The position numbers and the translations under genes are program-made. A DNA stretch of 63,689 nucleotides from positions 63,847,328 through 63,911,016 of the forward strand of contig JASCQW010000043.1 in NCBI GenBank assembly GCA_030264375.1, written 5' to 3'. Under the pieces are notes generated by a model. The model was not told the DNA's origin. It saw only the letters and a list, made by a program, of their open reading frames with translations, and ran no database searches. This DNA comes from Carcharhinus longimanus (taxonomy: Eukaryota). Shown here piece after piece: positions 52,401 to 63,689 of the stretch. The stretch's first letter is position 1, and the number at the start of each line of letters is the position of its first letter.

Positions 52401-53002
52401 AATGTTAGTCACCCGCAGCAACAGTTACATTCCTTTACTTTGTCTCTTCTGCTGGTTTCTGGTTTCCAGTGTCTACAGTGGCATTGGGCCATGTAAATGT
52501 CAGGGGTCAAGTTTACGTCTGCGCCAAAGTGCCGGCCACCCTGGGCCACAGTAAAGGTCAGCNNNNNNNNNNNNNNNNNNNNNNNNNNNNNNNNNNNNNN
52601 NNNNNNNNNNNNNNNNNNNNNNNNNNNNNNNNNNNNNNNNNNNNNNNNNNNNNNNNNNNNNNGCTGTACTTATCGTAAGTGCAGATTTTTTATCAGTTAA
52701 TGTTTTTTAAAAAAGCGCACCGTATTTTCACAACCTATTTGATGATTCTGTACTTTATACAGCTAGTCAGGAAGCAATACAATATCCCCTCATTAGGTTG
52801 CTTTTTTAAAAACCATTTATCTTCATGGAAAATAGTTGAACATTCTGTCAGTTCTCGTCATTTTCCAAGAAGCTGATTGGAATTCAACAGTATGGCAATT
52901 AAAAGTATTAATGGAAGCTATTTGCTTGGGCTTGTAGGTTCAGCACTAGCAAATCAGCATTCTTCCTGTGTGACATTAACTTTCTATTTTTATTCTTACT
53001 AG

Positions 53003-53543
53003 ACTGATACAAAAATTGGTGGGGTGGTAACTGGTGAGGAGGATAACAAATTACTGGAGGATATAAATGGGCTGATCAGTGGCAAATGAAATTTAATCTG
53101 GAGGTGATGCACTTGGCAGGACAAACAAGGCATTACATGATGAATGGCAGGACCCTGGGAAGCACCAAGATCAAAGGCACCATGGTGTGCATGTACACTG
53201 ATCCCTTTTAAGGTAGCAGGACAGGTGAATAAAGTGGTTAAGAAAGCATATGGTATACTTTATTAGCTGAGGCTGGAAGGTTATGCTGGAACTATATAAA
53301 ATGTTGGTTAGCCCACAGCTACTGTGTGCAGTTCAGGAGCACACATTTATGGAAGGGATGTGATAGTCTAAAGATGTGCGGGTTAGGTTGATTGGCCATG
53401 CTAAGTTGACTGTGGATGCATAGGTTAAAGAGGATTAGTGGGTAAAAATATGTAGGGATATGCAGGTAGGGCCTGGGTGGGATTGTGGTCAGTGCAGACT
53501 CAATGGGCCGAAGGCCCTCATTCTGTACTGTAGGATTTCTATG
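53003..53543 (+). mobile_element. CR1 fragment followed by an HE1 SINE 3' half
   Basis: DTKIGGVV..EED and VNKVVKKAYG remnants, then AAAGATGTGCGGGTTAGGTTGATTGGCCATGCTAA SINE tail. Confidence 0.75.
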
Positions 53544-56150
53544 TGACTTCTTTCACCTGATGAAGGGGAAAACCCCAAAAGCTTGTGAGTTTACTATCAA
53601 ATAAATTGGTTGGACTTTAACCTGGTGTTGAGACTTCTTACTGTGTTTACCCCAGTCCAACACCAGCATCTCCACATGTTCATTTGTATAACAGTGAGTG
53701 TACTTCAAATTATATTATTCTAATATATAGTACTATGGGACCTGTGAAATGTTACACAAATACAAATTACTTCCTTCCCTAATCTCATGGAGCATTTGCT
53801 TTCAAGCAAAATTCTAACTTCATTTGTTTAAATACAATTAGTTACTGAGAAATCAAGGTTATTGGAACAGGGTTCACATCATATCAATGTGCAAGTAAAT
53901 GAACATAAAAATTGCACACTGAATAAATGTAAATGTTGTTAAAGTGAGTACAAAGTGAATGCAGCTTAGACTCAGAGTCACAAGTGTGTTACAGCACAAA
54001 ATAAGGCCCAACACCCATTGTGTCTATGCTAATCATCAAGCACCTACTTATACTATTCTCATTTTACAGCATTTGTCCATAACTTTGTATAGTGAGCGTT
54101 TGAAATCCATAATAAGTACTTCCTAAATTGTGAAGGTTCCCACCTCTACCACCCTTTTAGGCAGAGTGTTCCCAACTATACCACCATTTCAGGCAGAGTT
54201 CCAGATTCCCACCACCCATGGGCTGAAAACATTTTTCCTCAAATCCCNNNNNNNNNNNNNNNNNNNNNNNNNNNNNNNNNNNNNNNNNNNNNNNNNNNNN
54301 NNNNNNNNNNNNNNNNNNNNNNNNNNNNNNNNNNNNNNNNNNNNNNNTGATCTTATTGAATGGCGGGGCAGGCTCGAAGGGCCAGATGGCCTACTCCTGC
54401 TCCTATTTCTTATGTTCTTAAATGCACATCCACGTTGTAGGAGTAAAATAATATTTAAGTGAGATGAATTGTACTTTTAATGCCAAAATTAAAGTTTCAG
54501 GTGATCATTTTACACAAACTTAAATTTGAACTGATTTTTATTTTTCTTCTGTATGAACACTGAACCTGAAATTTTATGGAACTCTTTTGCATCATTTTGG
54601 TTTCAGTTGGAGCCTGGTAAAACGGGAGGTAAATGAGGAAGAACCAATTATTTTAGATTTCCTAGGATTTTCCAGTTTGCCTTTTTAAGGTACAGAAGTG
54701 CCGTATGCTTCTTACAATAAATGCTTAGAGTTGGAAGCAGGGGAATGGAGGGTATTTTGACTTTGCTAATTTTCAGATAATGAATGTTGAGAGATGCATA
54801 AGGTGATGTGAAACTGTTTTTCAGTAATCCAAAGTCAAAATGAACTTGCTTATTTTTGGCTTATGGTATTTGTGGAGGACATAATACAGCGGCAACTTTG
54901 CGTGGGCAAAGAGGCATCGTGAGCTCCACCAGTGGCCTCTGAGTCAGGCAAGCGATCCAGATTCCTGAAGGGGAAAAAAAATAGGATTGATGTTTGAATT
55001 GATTGATTTGGTCAGATGTTGCGTTGCCAAGGTTTGGGGAAGGACCTGGACAAGCTCACTTCCAGAAGTGGTTGGCTGAATTTCTTTTGGCTTGAGGCAG
55101 GTGATTGCTAGTAAAAGTGCTGCAATGCAATTTCTCACGCTGACCAATGCAAAAGTCCTTTTGGGGAAAGAAATGTACCTTATTCCTTCAATTGGCTTAC
55201 AGCAATGTGATTCCTTACTGCCCTCTAGTGGCCTAGCAAACCACTCAGTTGTGCCAAACCATTACATTAAAAGTTGAAAAGGAATGAAACTGGTTGAGCC
55301 ACCTGCAGTCTAGGCATAGGAAAGGACAGTGGCACACCCTGCCCAGTTGATTATGTAAAATTCTTCTCCATCTGGGGATTGTGTCACATTTGGGAGAGAT
55401 TTCCTTTGAATAGTTGAGCAGTAACCTGACGTAGGCTGTGAGGTATAAGAAGGCCCCAAATGCCTCCGCTACCATTCACTACCCAGTTACTACTTTTTGC
55501 ATTAGTAAGACAGTGACGAGAAATGGTGACACAGGGTTTACAGTCAGAAAGGTGTTTCTGGAAGTCCTCCATGTTGCCTACAGATCCCCATAAAGTATTA
55601 CTGCATTAAGTCAAACATAGGCAAGGAAGTCTGCTGATATCACCTACCACCCTCCCTCAGATGATGAATTGGTTCTTTTCCATGTTGAACACCACTTGGA
55701 AGAAGTAGTGAGGGTGTCCATCACTACGAATGGTTCAGTAGCACTTTTTAAATCAACTGGCTGTGAATTGAGGGACATATCTTCCAGACTGGCCCCAAAT
55801 CAAGTGGTGAGGGAATCGGGCGTGGCGGTGGGTGGGGGCGGGGAGAAACCTGGCTTGATACAATCTACCTACTATAGTCATATCTCGCCATGTTGGTAAG
55901 AGCGACATCCCAGTCTTTGGGATGACAAAAGCCTTCCTTCCAGCTGAGTGCACCCTCCATCATAATGTAGTGCTGCTACCGTGCTGAGAGATTCAGAACA
56001 GATTTAGCAGCTCAAAACTGGGCATCCTTGAGGTAGCGTGGGCCCTCCAACAGCAGTAGCATTGTGTTCAACTTAAATTTGTGACCTCCTAGTCTTAGGT
56101 GTTCCTCACTTTGCCATAATTATCAAGCTGTGGGACCAAGCCAGATTTAC

Positions 56151-56485
56151 GGGCAGCACAGTGGTGAGCACTGCTGCTTCAGAGTTCCAGGGACCTGGGT
56201 TCGATTCTCGGCTTGGGTCACTGTCTGTGTGGAATTTGCACATTCTCCTCATGTCTGCGTGGGTTTCCTCCGGGTGCTCCGGTTTCCTCCCACAGTCCAA
56301 AAGATGTGCGGTTAGATTGATTGGCCATGCTAAAATTGCCCTTTAGTATCCTGAGATGCGTGGGTTAGAGGGATTAGTGGGTAAAAATGTGATGATATAG
56401 GGCCTGGGTGGGATTGTGTTCGGTGCAGACGCGATGGGCCAGATGGCCTCTTTCTGCACTGTATAGCTTCTGTGATTCTATGATT
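56151..56485 (+). mobile_element. Full-length young HE1/V-SINE
   Basis: Near-consensus head with B box GGTTCGATTC, V-domain and CR1-type tail. Confidence 0.9.
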
Positions 56486-56594
56486 CACCCTGACTCTCAG
56501 GAGTATCTCTCCATCACCCTGACACTCTGGAACGACTCTCCAACTCACTCTCCATTGCTTAGTAAATCTTCTCCAAACTACTTCCATACGTTAC

Positions 56595-57800
56595 CAGCCT
56601 TCCTGAAATAAGGGAACCAATCCTGCGTACAATAATCCCAGTGTAGCCTCAATAATATCCTGTATAATTGAAGCAAAAGTTCCCTGCTTTTGTATACCAA
56701 TCCCCTCACAATAACTGATAGTGTTCAATTAACTTTTTAAAATTATTGTGGTGCCTCCATTTATTTTTTATGATTCATGCACTTGGACACCCAGATCCCT
56801 CTATGTTTCAGAGCTCTGCATTTTTTGCCATCTAGATAATTTGCTTTTTATTTTTCTTGCCAAAATGAACAATTTCAACTTTCCCACACTATACTCCATT
56901 TGCAAGCTGCCCATTCATTTAACCTTTTTATATCCTTCCATGTGCCCTCTTCCACACATCTTACTATCCTACCTAACTTTACTTTGTTAGCAAATTTCGC
57001 AGCTGTGTCCTTGTACCTTTCATCTAAGTTATTCATATAAATTGTAGAAAGTTGAGCTCCTAGCACTGATGGCACACCACTAGCTACGTCTTGCCAACCA
57101 GAAAACTTGACTTTATGCTTGTTCTTTCCTGTTAACTGGTCAATCTCTATCCATGCCAGTTGCTTACTACTTGAGCTTTCATTTTAGGCAATAACTTTCC
57201 TTTGCTGTGGCATCTGATCATATTCATATAATCATCGAATCTCTACAGTACAGAAGCCTTTGGCCCACCAAGTCTGTACTGACCACAATCCCACTTAGGC
57301 CCTAATCTCATAACCCCACACATTTACCCTGCTAATCCCCGACACACGGGTCAATTTAACGTGGTGAATCTATGTAACCGGCATATCTTTGGACTGTGGG
57401 AGGAAACCCATGCAGACACAGCGAGAACATGCAAACTCCACACAGACTGTGACCCGAGGCCAGAATTGAACCTGGTTCCCTGGCACTGTGAGGCAGCAGT
57501 GTTTGCCACTGTGCTGCCCAAAATTCCTTCTGGAAATCTGAATATGGCACATCCAAAACCTTCATTTTATCCATAACAAATGTGACTCCATCAAAAAACT
57601 CCAATAAATTGGTCAAACATGAATTCTCTATGTTGACAACCTTGAACTTTTTTCCAAGTGCCCTGCTACAAAATCTTTAATAATCGTTTCTAAGCATTTA
57701 CCTGTGACAGATGTTAAGCTAACTGGCCGATAGTTTCCTGCTTTCTGTCTCCCTCTCTTTTTTTGCTAGTTCCAATCAAGTGGATCCTTCCCCATATCTC
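56595..57800 (-). mobile_element. CR1 LINE fragment interrupted by an HE1 SINE (57232-57519, minus)
   Basis: Minus ORFs SVLGAQLSTIYMNNLDE and TNLLEFFDGVT...DVPYSDFQKE; the SINE splits the DFQK motif region. Confidence 0.8.
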
Positions 57801-58101
57801 AAGAGTTTGGAAAATTGAAACAAGTACAACAACAATCTCACTGGCTAAGACCCCAGAAGTGGCATTACCGTCGGCGCTGTCTTTTGGCTGAAATGTTAAC
57901 GCACAGTTTGCTTCAGACAGATGTAATTTGAAGAGCAGGGAGGGGCATATCATTTCTCAACCACCATCTCATTGCCCTGAGCTATGCTACCCACTGAGCC
58001 TTCATGGCAGCTTCTAACTCTGGCAAAATCTGTCCTTGTCTTTTGTAAATCGGATCTGTGTGTCTCTCTCTCTGTTGCAGACTGGATGTTGAATCAAAAA
58101 T

Positions 58102-58282
58102 ATGGAGCTGTGCCCCTGTACCATGACACACGGTGACTCTGATCTGGAAAAGCACCATTCTTCAGCAGGCCCAGGTTTGAGGGTGCACCTGTACTGGTCA
58201 AATGAAGGCTCGCAAGACCTTGTTTATACAGAAGGGGAGATGGTTGCAGAGGACATCTGCATTACGGCAGCGCAGAAATGCT
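58102..58282 (+). CDS. TYK2: Janus kinase (TYK2-like) first coding exon, FERM N-terminus
   Basis: Strong acceptor TCTCTCTCTCTGTTGCAG|58081 and an in-frame TGA before the ATG. Encodes GLRVHLYWSNEGSQDLVYTEGEMVAEDICITAAQKC, versus TYK2 GLKVLLHW...SLTAEEVCIHIAHKV. Donor T|GTAAGG in phase 1. JAK family is confident; TYK2 rather than JAK1 is less certain. Confidence 0.75.
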
Positions 58283-58894
58283 GTAAGGAAGCTTTAAATT
58301 ATTTCATCCATCCTTCCAATAAGTGTCTTTTTACATATTTATCTAAGCATCTTGATCAAGTTGGAGGCATTTGTTTCTGTGGTGTGGGAGTAAATGCACC
58401 CCCAGAGTGATATTGAGCATATGTACTGGCCCTATACTGGGTAGTTATAGTTGGGGCAGGGATAGAGTTGCTACCCCCTGGCGCAGGATGGCCCAGAGCA
58501 GAGACAGGGATCTCCAAGTGTATGAAGGATGATTACTGCTGGAATTCAATTGTTTGTTACCTCATTATGTTCCACCATGGAGCCCTGGCCAACTCCTCGG
58601 TGCTTGTCTAGCTGGGATGGTCAGACTTGTTGGAATGCTGGCTTGCAAGAGTTTATCTGGAGCAGGACAATGAGCATCACAGCTCATGGTGACTGCTTGA
58701 TACCCAGTCCCATTCAGAAGTTGGTCAGTTATCCCCAATATCCTGGAATTCTCCAGGCTGAGGTTGCTACACATAATAATGTCCAAACTTCATGGACGGG
58801 AATGCTATCTTGAAGCTCCCAATAACACTCATTACCCAGGGGAAGAATTGACTGTGTAACCAAGTTTGATTCATGTGTGTGTTCTTTTTTAAAG

Positions 58895-59018
58895 CCATTT
58901 CCCCACTCTGCCACAACCTGTATGCACTTTGTGACTTAAAAGAGAAACTTTGGTTTCCTCCAAATCATGTCTTCAAGATTGACAAGGACCTGTGTCTGAC
59001 TCTTCACTACCGCATGAG
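58895..59018 (+). CDS. TYK2: Janus kinase (TYK2-like) second coding exon, FERM F1
   Basis: TTCTTTTTTAAAG| acceptor and AG|GTAGGT donor; 124 nt, the size recalled for this exon in JAK genes. Encodes (S)ISPLCHNLYALCDLKEKLWFPPNHVFKIDKDLCLTLHYRM(R), versus JAK1 ISPLCHNLFALYD...LRLHYRMR and TYK2 WLPPNH. Not in the ORF track. Confidence 0.8.
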
Positions 59019-59935
59019 GTAGGTATAAAGTTTTCAGTGCTCCCAATGCTGTCTATCCAATTCTAAGCTTTGCTCACCTGACCACTATTAGCACAGCCAA
59101 TTCCTCTCAGTCAGGACAAATAAAATCAGAACTTGCTGAGAGTTTGGAACCCAACACAGAGACCCTACACATTTCAAAAGTTTCAGCATTTTCTCTCCCC
59201 ACTGAAAGCAGAAGAGGCAATATCCCCATGATTGAGGGACGAGAGAGATATAAGCAACAACTCACTCAGTCATTTGGCTTGGGAACCTTGAGCAAGAAGC
59301 AATTATTTCTCACTTTCTCTGACCAATCTCCTGCATAATCCCAGAGCTTTTCACTTTAATTCTCAATGCGACCTAATCACTGATTCTGGTAATCTGACCA
59401 GTGCGCTCACCTGATGAAGGAGCAGCACTCCAAAAACTTGTGCTATCAAATAAACCTGTTGGACTAGGTGTTGTGAGACTACTTACTGTGTTAGATCCCC
59501 CAGATAACTATTACACTGTAAATCAACTGGCTTCACTGGACTCTGGCTTCCACACATGCTTCACATTCCACTCTCAAAAAGACACGTCTTAGAATCCTCT
59601 TCCAAGCAGTTTTTTCCCTTAACTATTTTCAGCAAGGATCCACTTCCAGGATTTCAGCTCTCTTTTTGGTATTTCTCTGCCTTGAATTGTCATGTGCATT
59701 TAAACTCCTATATTATCTCTCAGGTACTCAGCCATGCCAATAAAACATGACTGCTTCACAGACTGTTCTAACGTCAACAGCCTTAGGGTTGTTTCAGATA
59801 TCTGGCTTCTTATGAGCGAACTTCCACAGGCCTTTNNNNNNNNNNNNNNNNNNNNNNNNNNNNNNNNNNNNNNNNNNNNNNNNNNNNNNNNNNNNNNNNN
59901 NNNNNNNNNNNNNNNNNNNNNNNNNNNNNNNNNNN

Positions 59936-60190
59936 ATTCCCTGCCATGTCCCAACCTCCAGTAAGTGCCCAAAGGTAGAAATCTGTCACTCACCTTCTCT
60001 AAGCCTACTCTCCCCTAAGCCCAGCGAGCCAAAGCCCTTCTCACTCAGTTCCCACTCACTCCGCTGCCCGCTCCCGACGCTGTATGCTGCTACCCCTTTT
60101 TTATACCCCCCCTCCTCCTTAATGACAATCCCCTCGCCTAACTTCCGGTACGGAAGTAAACTACACTCTAACAAGCCCCGAGAACCGGAA
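59936..60190 (-). mobile_element. Probable 5' end and internal promoter of a full-length CR1-type LINE (body lost in gap)
   Basis: CpG-rich, with ETS sites (ACTTCCGG 60141, CGGAAGT 60151, CCGGAAG 60185), minus-strand TATAAA at 60105-60100 and an ATGGCAGGG start at 59947 running into the gap. It abuts a SINE 3' half (60191-60326). Confidence 0.5.
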
Positions 60191-60599
60191 GATATGTAGG
60201 TTAGAGGTATTAGTGGGTAAATACGTAGGGATATGGGAGTAGGGTCTGGGTGGGATTGTGGTTGGTGCAGACTAGATGGGCCGAATGGCCTCTTTCTGTA
60301 CTGTAGAGACTCTGTGACTCTATGATTAATGAAGAGTGCAGGAGAGAATACCAATAGCACCACCAGCGTGACGTAACAACGTGTTAATCTGCTGAAGCTT
60401 CGTGTGCTTGCCAGAAAGGAGAAGCAGCGTGTGATAACATCCCATTGTGGTACTGAAGCTGCAGAGCCAGCAGTAGCTATGTTACTGATGTTGCTATCAT
60501 GTGACATTTGGTCAACAATAACCTACTCACTAATGCTCAGTATGGAATCTTCAGGGCTTCTTAGTTCCAGACATCATTAGAGCCTCGGTCATGTAGTTG

Positions 60600-61280
60600 A
60601 ATGAGCTTAAATCCAGTGGTGAATGAGTGCCACTGACATCAAGGCAGCATTTAACAAGAGTGTGATATCAAGGAGCGCTGGCAAAATTTGAAGTCAATGG
60701 GAATTGGTGGCTGGGGAGAAGGAATGAACACTCCATTGGTTGGAACCATACTTGGCATAAAGGAAGATGATTGTAGTTGTTGGAGGCCAATTGTCTCTGC
60801 CCAGGATATTGCTGCAGAAATCGCTCAGCGTAGCATCCTGGTGACACCCCATCTATCAGACACAAGCTAAAGTGTGATGGAATGCTTCCAATTTGCCTGG
60901 ATGAGCGCAACTCCCAACGACACAAGCTCAGTACTATCCAGGACAAAGCAATCTGTGACACCTCATCTAGCAACTTCAGCGTTGACTCCCTGGCGCACAA
61001 TAACTGTGCACCATCTACAAGAAGCACGATAACCACTTGCCAAGCCTCCATTAACAGAATCTTCCAGATCCCTCACCTCTATGACCTTGAAGGACAGGAG
61101 CAGCAGATGTATGGGAATGTTATCACCTGCAAATTCCTGTATTGCCATTCCTTCATTGTCAACTGGATCAAACATCCAGGAGTTTTCTCCCTATTAGCAG
61201 TGCAAGTTTTAAAAAGTGACCCACCACCATCTTAAGGATAGTTACCCTGGCCTTGCCAATGATACTTGCATCCCATGAAA
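60600..61280 (+). mobile_element. Non-LTR LINE (CR1/L2-group) internally deleted RT-to-tail fragment
   Basis: DIKAAFN.V and LSTIQDKAI remnants with tail CCTGGCCTTGCCAATGATACTTGCATCCCATGAA. Confidence 0.6.
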
Positions 61281-62049
61281 TTAAAAAAAAGGACATCCTC
61301 CTCCTGAACCTGCATACTCTTTAGGAATTGTTGAAGGTGGGCGCAATCGCCTTCATTATTGTTGGTGGAATAATGTAGTGACCTCCATGGATCCCTTATA
61401 CCCCTTTCTAAGCATCCGAGTCCAGGTACATGGCTTTAACAAAATTTTCTTCCGTTTTAAAACTGTATTGAGTATATTTAATTTAAGATAGCATTTTAAA
61501 ATATGACCGTTACTAAATATTGAATTACTTGTTGAGATGTGCACATTAAGGAATTGGTATGTCTTGAGTTTGTTTGGTGTAAGGCTTGTGTGCTGTTGAT
61601 TTTTTTATTTTTTCCTAAATCATGAACTAAAAGGGATGTGGCTTTCAGTTTCAGGTTATTCTCGTTCTCCTCCTGTAAGGAGGAGAACTCCTCTTATGTG
61701 TATTTGTTTGTGTGCCAATGTTTTCACAGAAACTGAAAAAACTAATGCATAAATTTTTAACACTTCCTGAAAAGTGAAAGGAAATCACTGAATTTAAAAA
61801 CAGTTTCAAATTGAAGTAGGTGGTGTTTCGCTGGTAGTAGAACCATTCTAAGCACAACAGTTCTTGAACTGCAAGTTGCCTTTAATGCTTGATTTCCATT
61901 TCCACCCCCCCCCACCGGCCCAATGATTTATGGAAACCCTATTGCAGTCCATGCTCATTAGTTGCTAATGTGACTAAGCACTAGATCCACTTTAGTTAAC
62001 TTGGGAGCAGGAAATTAAGTTTGAATATTATTTTCTGGTCTTTCAACAG

Positions 62050-62206
62050 TTACAACAAGAAAGAATCTGACCTTCAGGGAGCCCAACTTCACATCAAAGA
62101 TCTTGAAACTGCACTTCATTCTAAGGAGGCCAGCCTCGCCAGTGCACTGGGAGGAAAGGATGCACTTGAGGAAGAAGTTGAGGATTTGCAGGCTCGCCTT
62201 TCAAAG
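62050..62206 (+). CDS. LMNB1: B-type lamin exon 2 (coil 1B); the gene continues beyond the window
   Basis: TTTCAACAG| acceptor and AAG|GTAGCA donor; 157 nt, as in vertebrate lamin exon 2. Encodes (S)YNKKESDLQGAQLHIKDLETALHSKEASLASALGGKDALEEEVEDLQARLSK, similar to LMNB1 YAKKESDLNGAQ. Confidence 0.87.
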
Positions 62207-63689
62207 GTAGCACTGTGACTGTTGGATTGGAAAATTCTTGCAATTGTACCAGTTTTTCTTTAGAGCAGTGCCATTTCTTCCCATTTTCCTACATTGTTTT
62301 AATCTTAACACTACAAAAAGTCTTTTGTTTTCCCCCCTCCATTTAGATAAGCCGAGTATAAAAACCATTGCTATGCATGTATTCGTGAGCAATTTCCTTC
62401 TGCAACATCTTTTTCTAGCTACTTCTGTGTTTGAATGTAGTAAGGAAGCTAGATATATGGTTTAAATCTAGGGCCTCCACTAACATAGGATATATCCTAA
62501 GTTAACGTCACTGAATTGTGATTTGAGAGTTGGGTTGTCTGCACTTGCGTCTTATGTTGACTTTATGGCGTCCAGTTCCAAATGCAATCCACGTACTCCA
62601 AATATGATTCTCTTCACAGTGGGTTCTGGCCAGAATTCTTTGAAAATATTTCATTTCAGGATAGCTTGATTAACATCTGAAAATTCATGTGACGTGCATT
62701 GGGCACCAATGAATCTTGTAGATTATTCTCTACTGCAAGGCAGAGCCTGAACTTTTCCTTCATTACTACTGTAGCAGAAAACGTTTCACACATTGGGAAA
62801 AGTGAAAACGTTTGTTGCTTTGTTTGTCAATTCTAAGCACTTCAGCAATAGATGGCCAAAACTGGGAAGGTATATTTCTTGCAATTTATTTTTCAGTGAG
62901 CAACCACAGGTCTGTTCCATCAGCTACTCTTCTGATTTTTTTTTTTGCTCGAGCTACATAACAAAATGGATCGTTCCCCGAACTCAATCATACTTAACCC
63001 GTGTTTGTATTGTCAAACCACAAAAATGGTTAATGATCTGTTGTTCTTCTTAATCAGCTGTCACTGTTTGCATCCAGAAAATTGGTCAATAGCAGGAACA
63101 CAAAACTGAAACTCTATTATTCAGTCTACTGGTCTAAATTTCAATTTTCTTAAATTTTGTAATCTTGTCATTCACTTTTTTTGAGTACGATTGTATTATC
63201 AATTGATAGATTCTGCATATTTACCCCATTAAGTATCAGTAAAGTAGCGCATTTCTTTTTTTTATTCATTAGGATGTTGGTATCACTGGCAAACCAGCAT
63301 TTATTGCTCATCCCTAATAACTCTTGAGAAAGTCCATGCAGACAGCAACATGTTCTCACATTTTAATTGATTCTGATTCCATAAACATTTTGCGGTGAAA
63401 TAATCCCTCACTTATTGTACGTTTCTGGCAATGCCTACCAAAAAAGAGAATCTTCCGAAACTTCCCCAGACAAGTAAAACAAATGTAAACTAGTAATATT
63501 GAACTACCAACATTTCTCTCCAAAATGAATCGCGAACTATTCACATTCATTGAGCCTTTTTACCAACAGTTTTATGCAGTGCATTTTTGGTTCTCCACCT
63601 CTCAAGTTATGATATTCTGGAGCTTGGAAGTTATGAGACAATGACACTTCTGGGCTGAAATGGCATAATCCCCAGCCACCCCCCCCCCC

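Noticed and set aside
5494-57519. tRNA-like A/B-box sequences
   Set aside because: These are SINE heads, not tRNA genes; each continues into a V-domain.

Overview
This is vertebrate genomic DNA, almost certainly from a shark: it carries HE1/V-SINE-type tRNA SINEs, a DeuSINE, and CR1, L2, RTE, Rex1 and Penelope relics. It is a draft scaffold with many N gaps. On the + strand are three coding units. (1) A complete JTB gene: CpG promoter near 0.9-1.15 kb and five coding exons across 2941-16488, giving about 142-143 aa. (2) The first two exons of a B-type lamin most like LMNB1 (31850-32208 and 62050-62206), separated by an intron of about 30 kb. (3) Unexpectedly, two intact, correctly phased exons of a Janus kinase most like TYK2 (FERM N-terminus; 58102-58282 and 58895-59018), lying inside that lamin intron on the same strand. 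The second JAK exon would splice in frame to lamin exon 2. The JAK segment sits between two N gaps, so a scaffolding error is a real alternative. Other notable structures are two long inverted-repeat pairs in the lamin intron, Penelope-type minimal hammerhead ribozyme motifs, a solo LTR with a 4-bp TSD inside a Penelope element, and two AUG-UAA start-stop elements in the lamin 5' UTR. All family assignments come from recalled sequences rather than database searches, and repeat boundaries are approximate.
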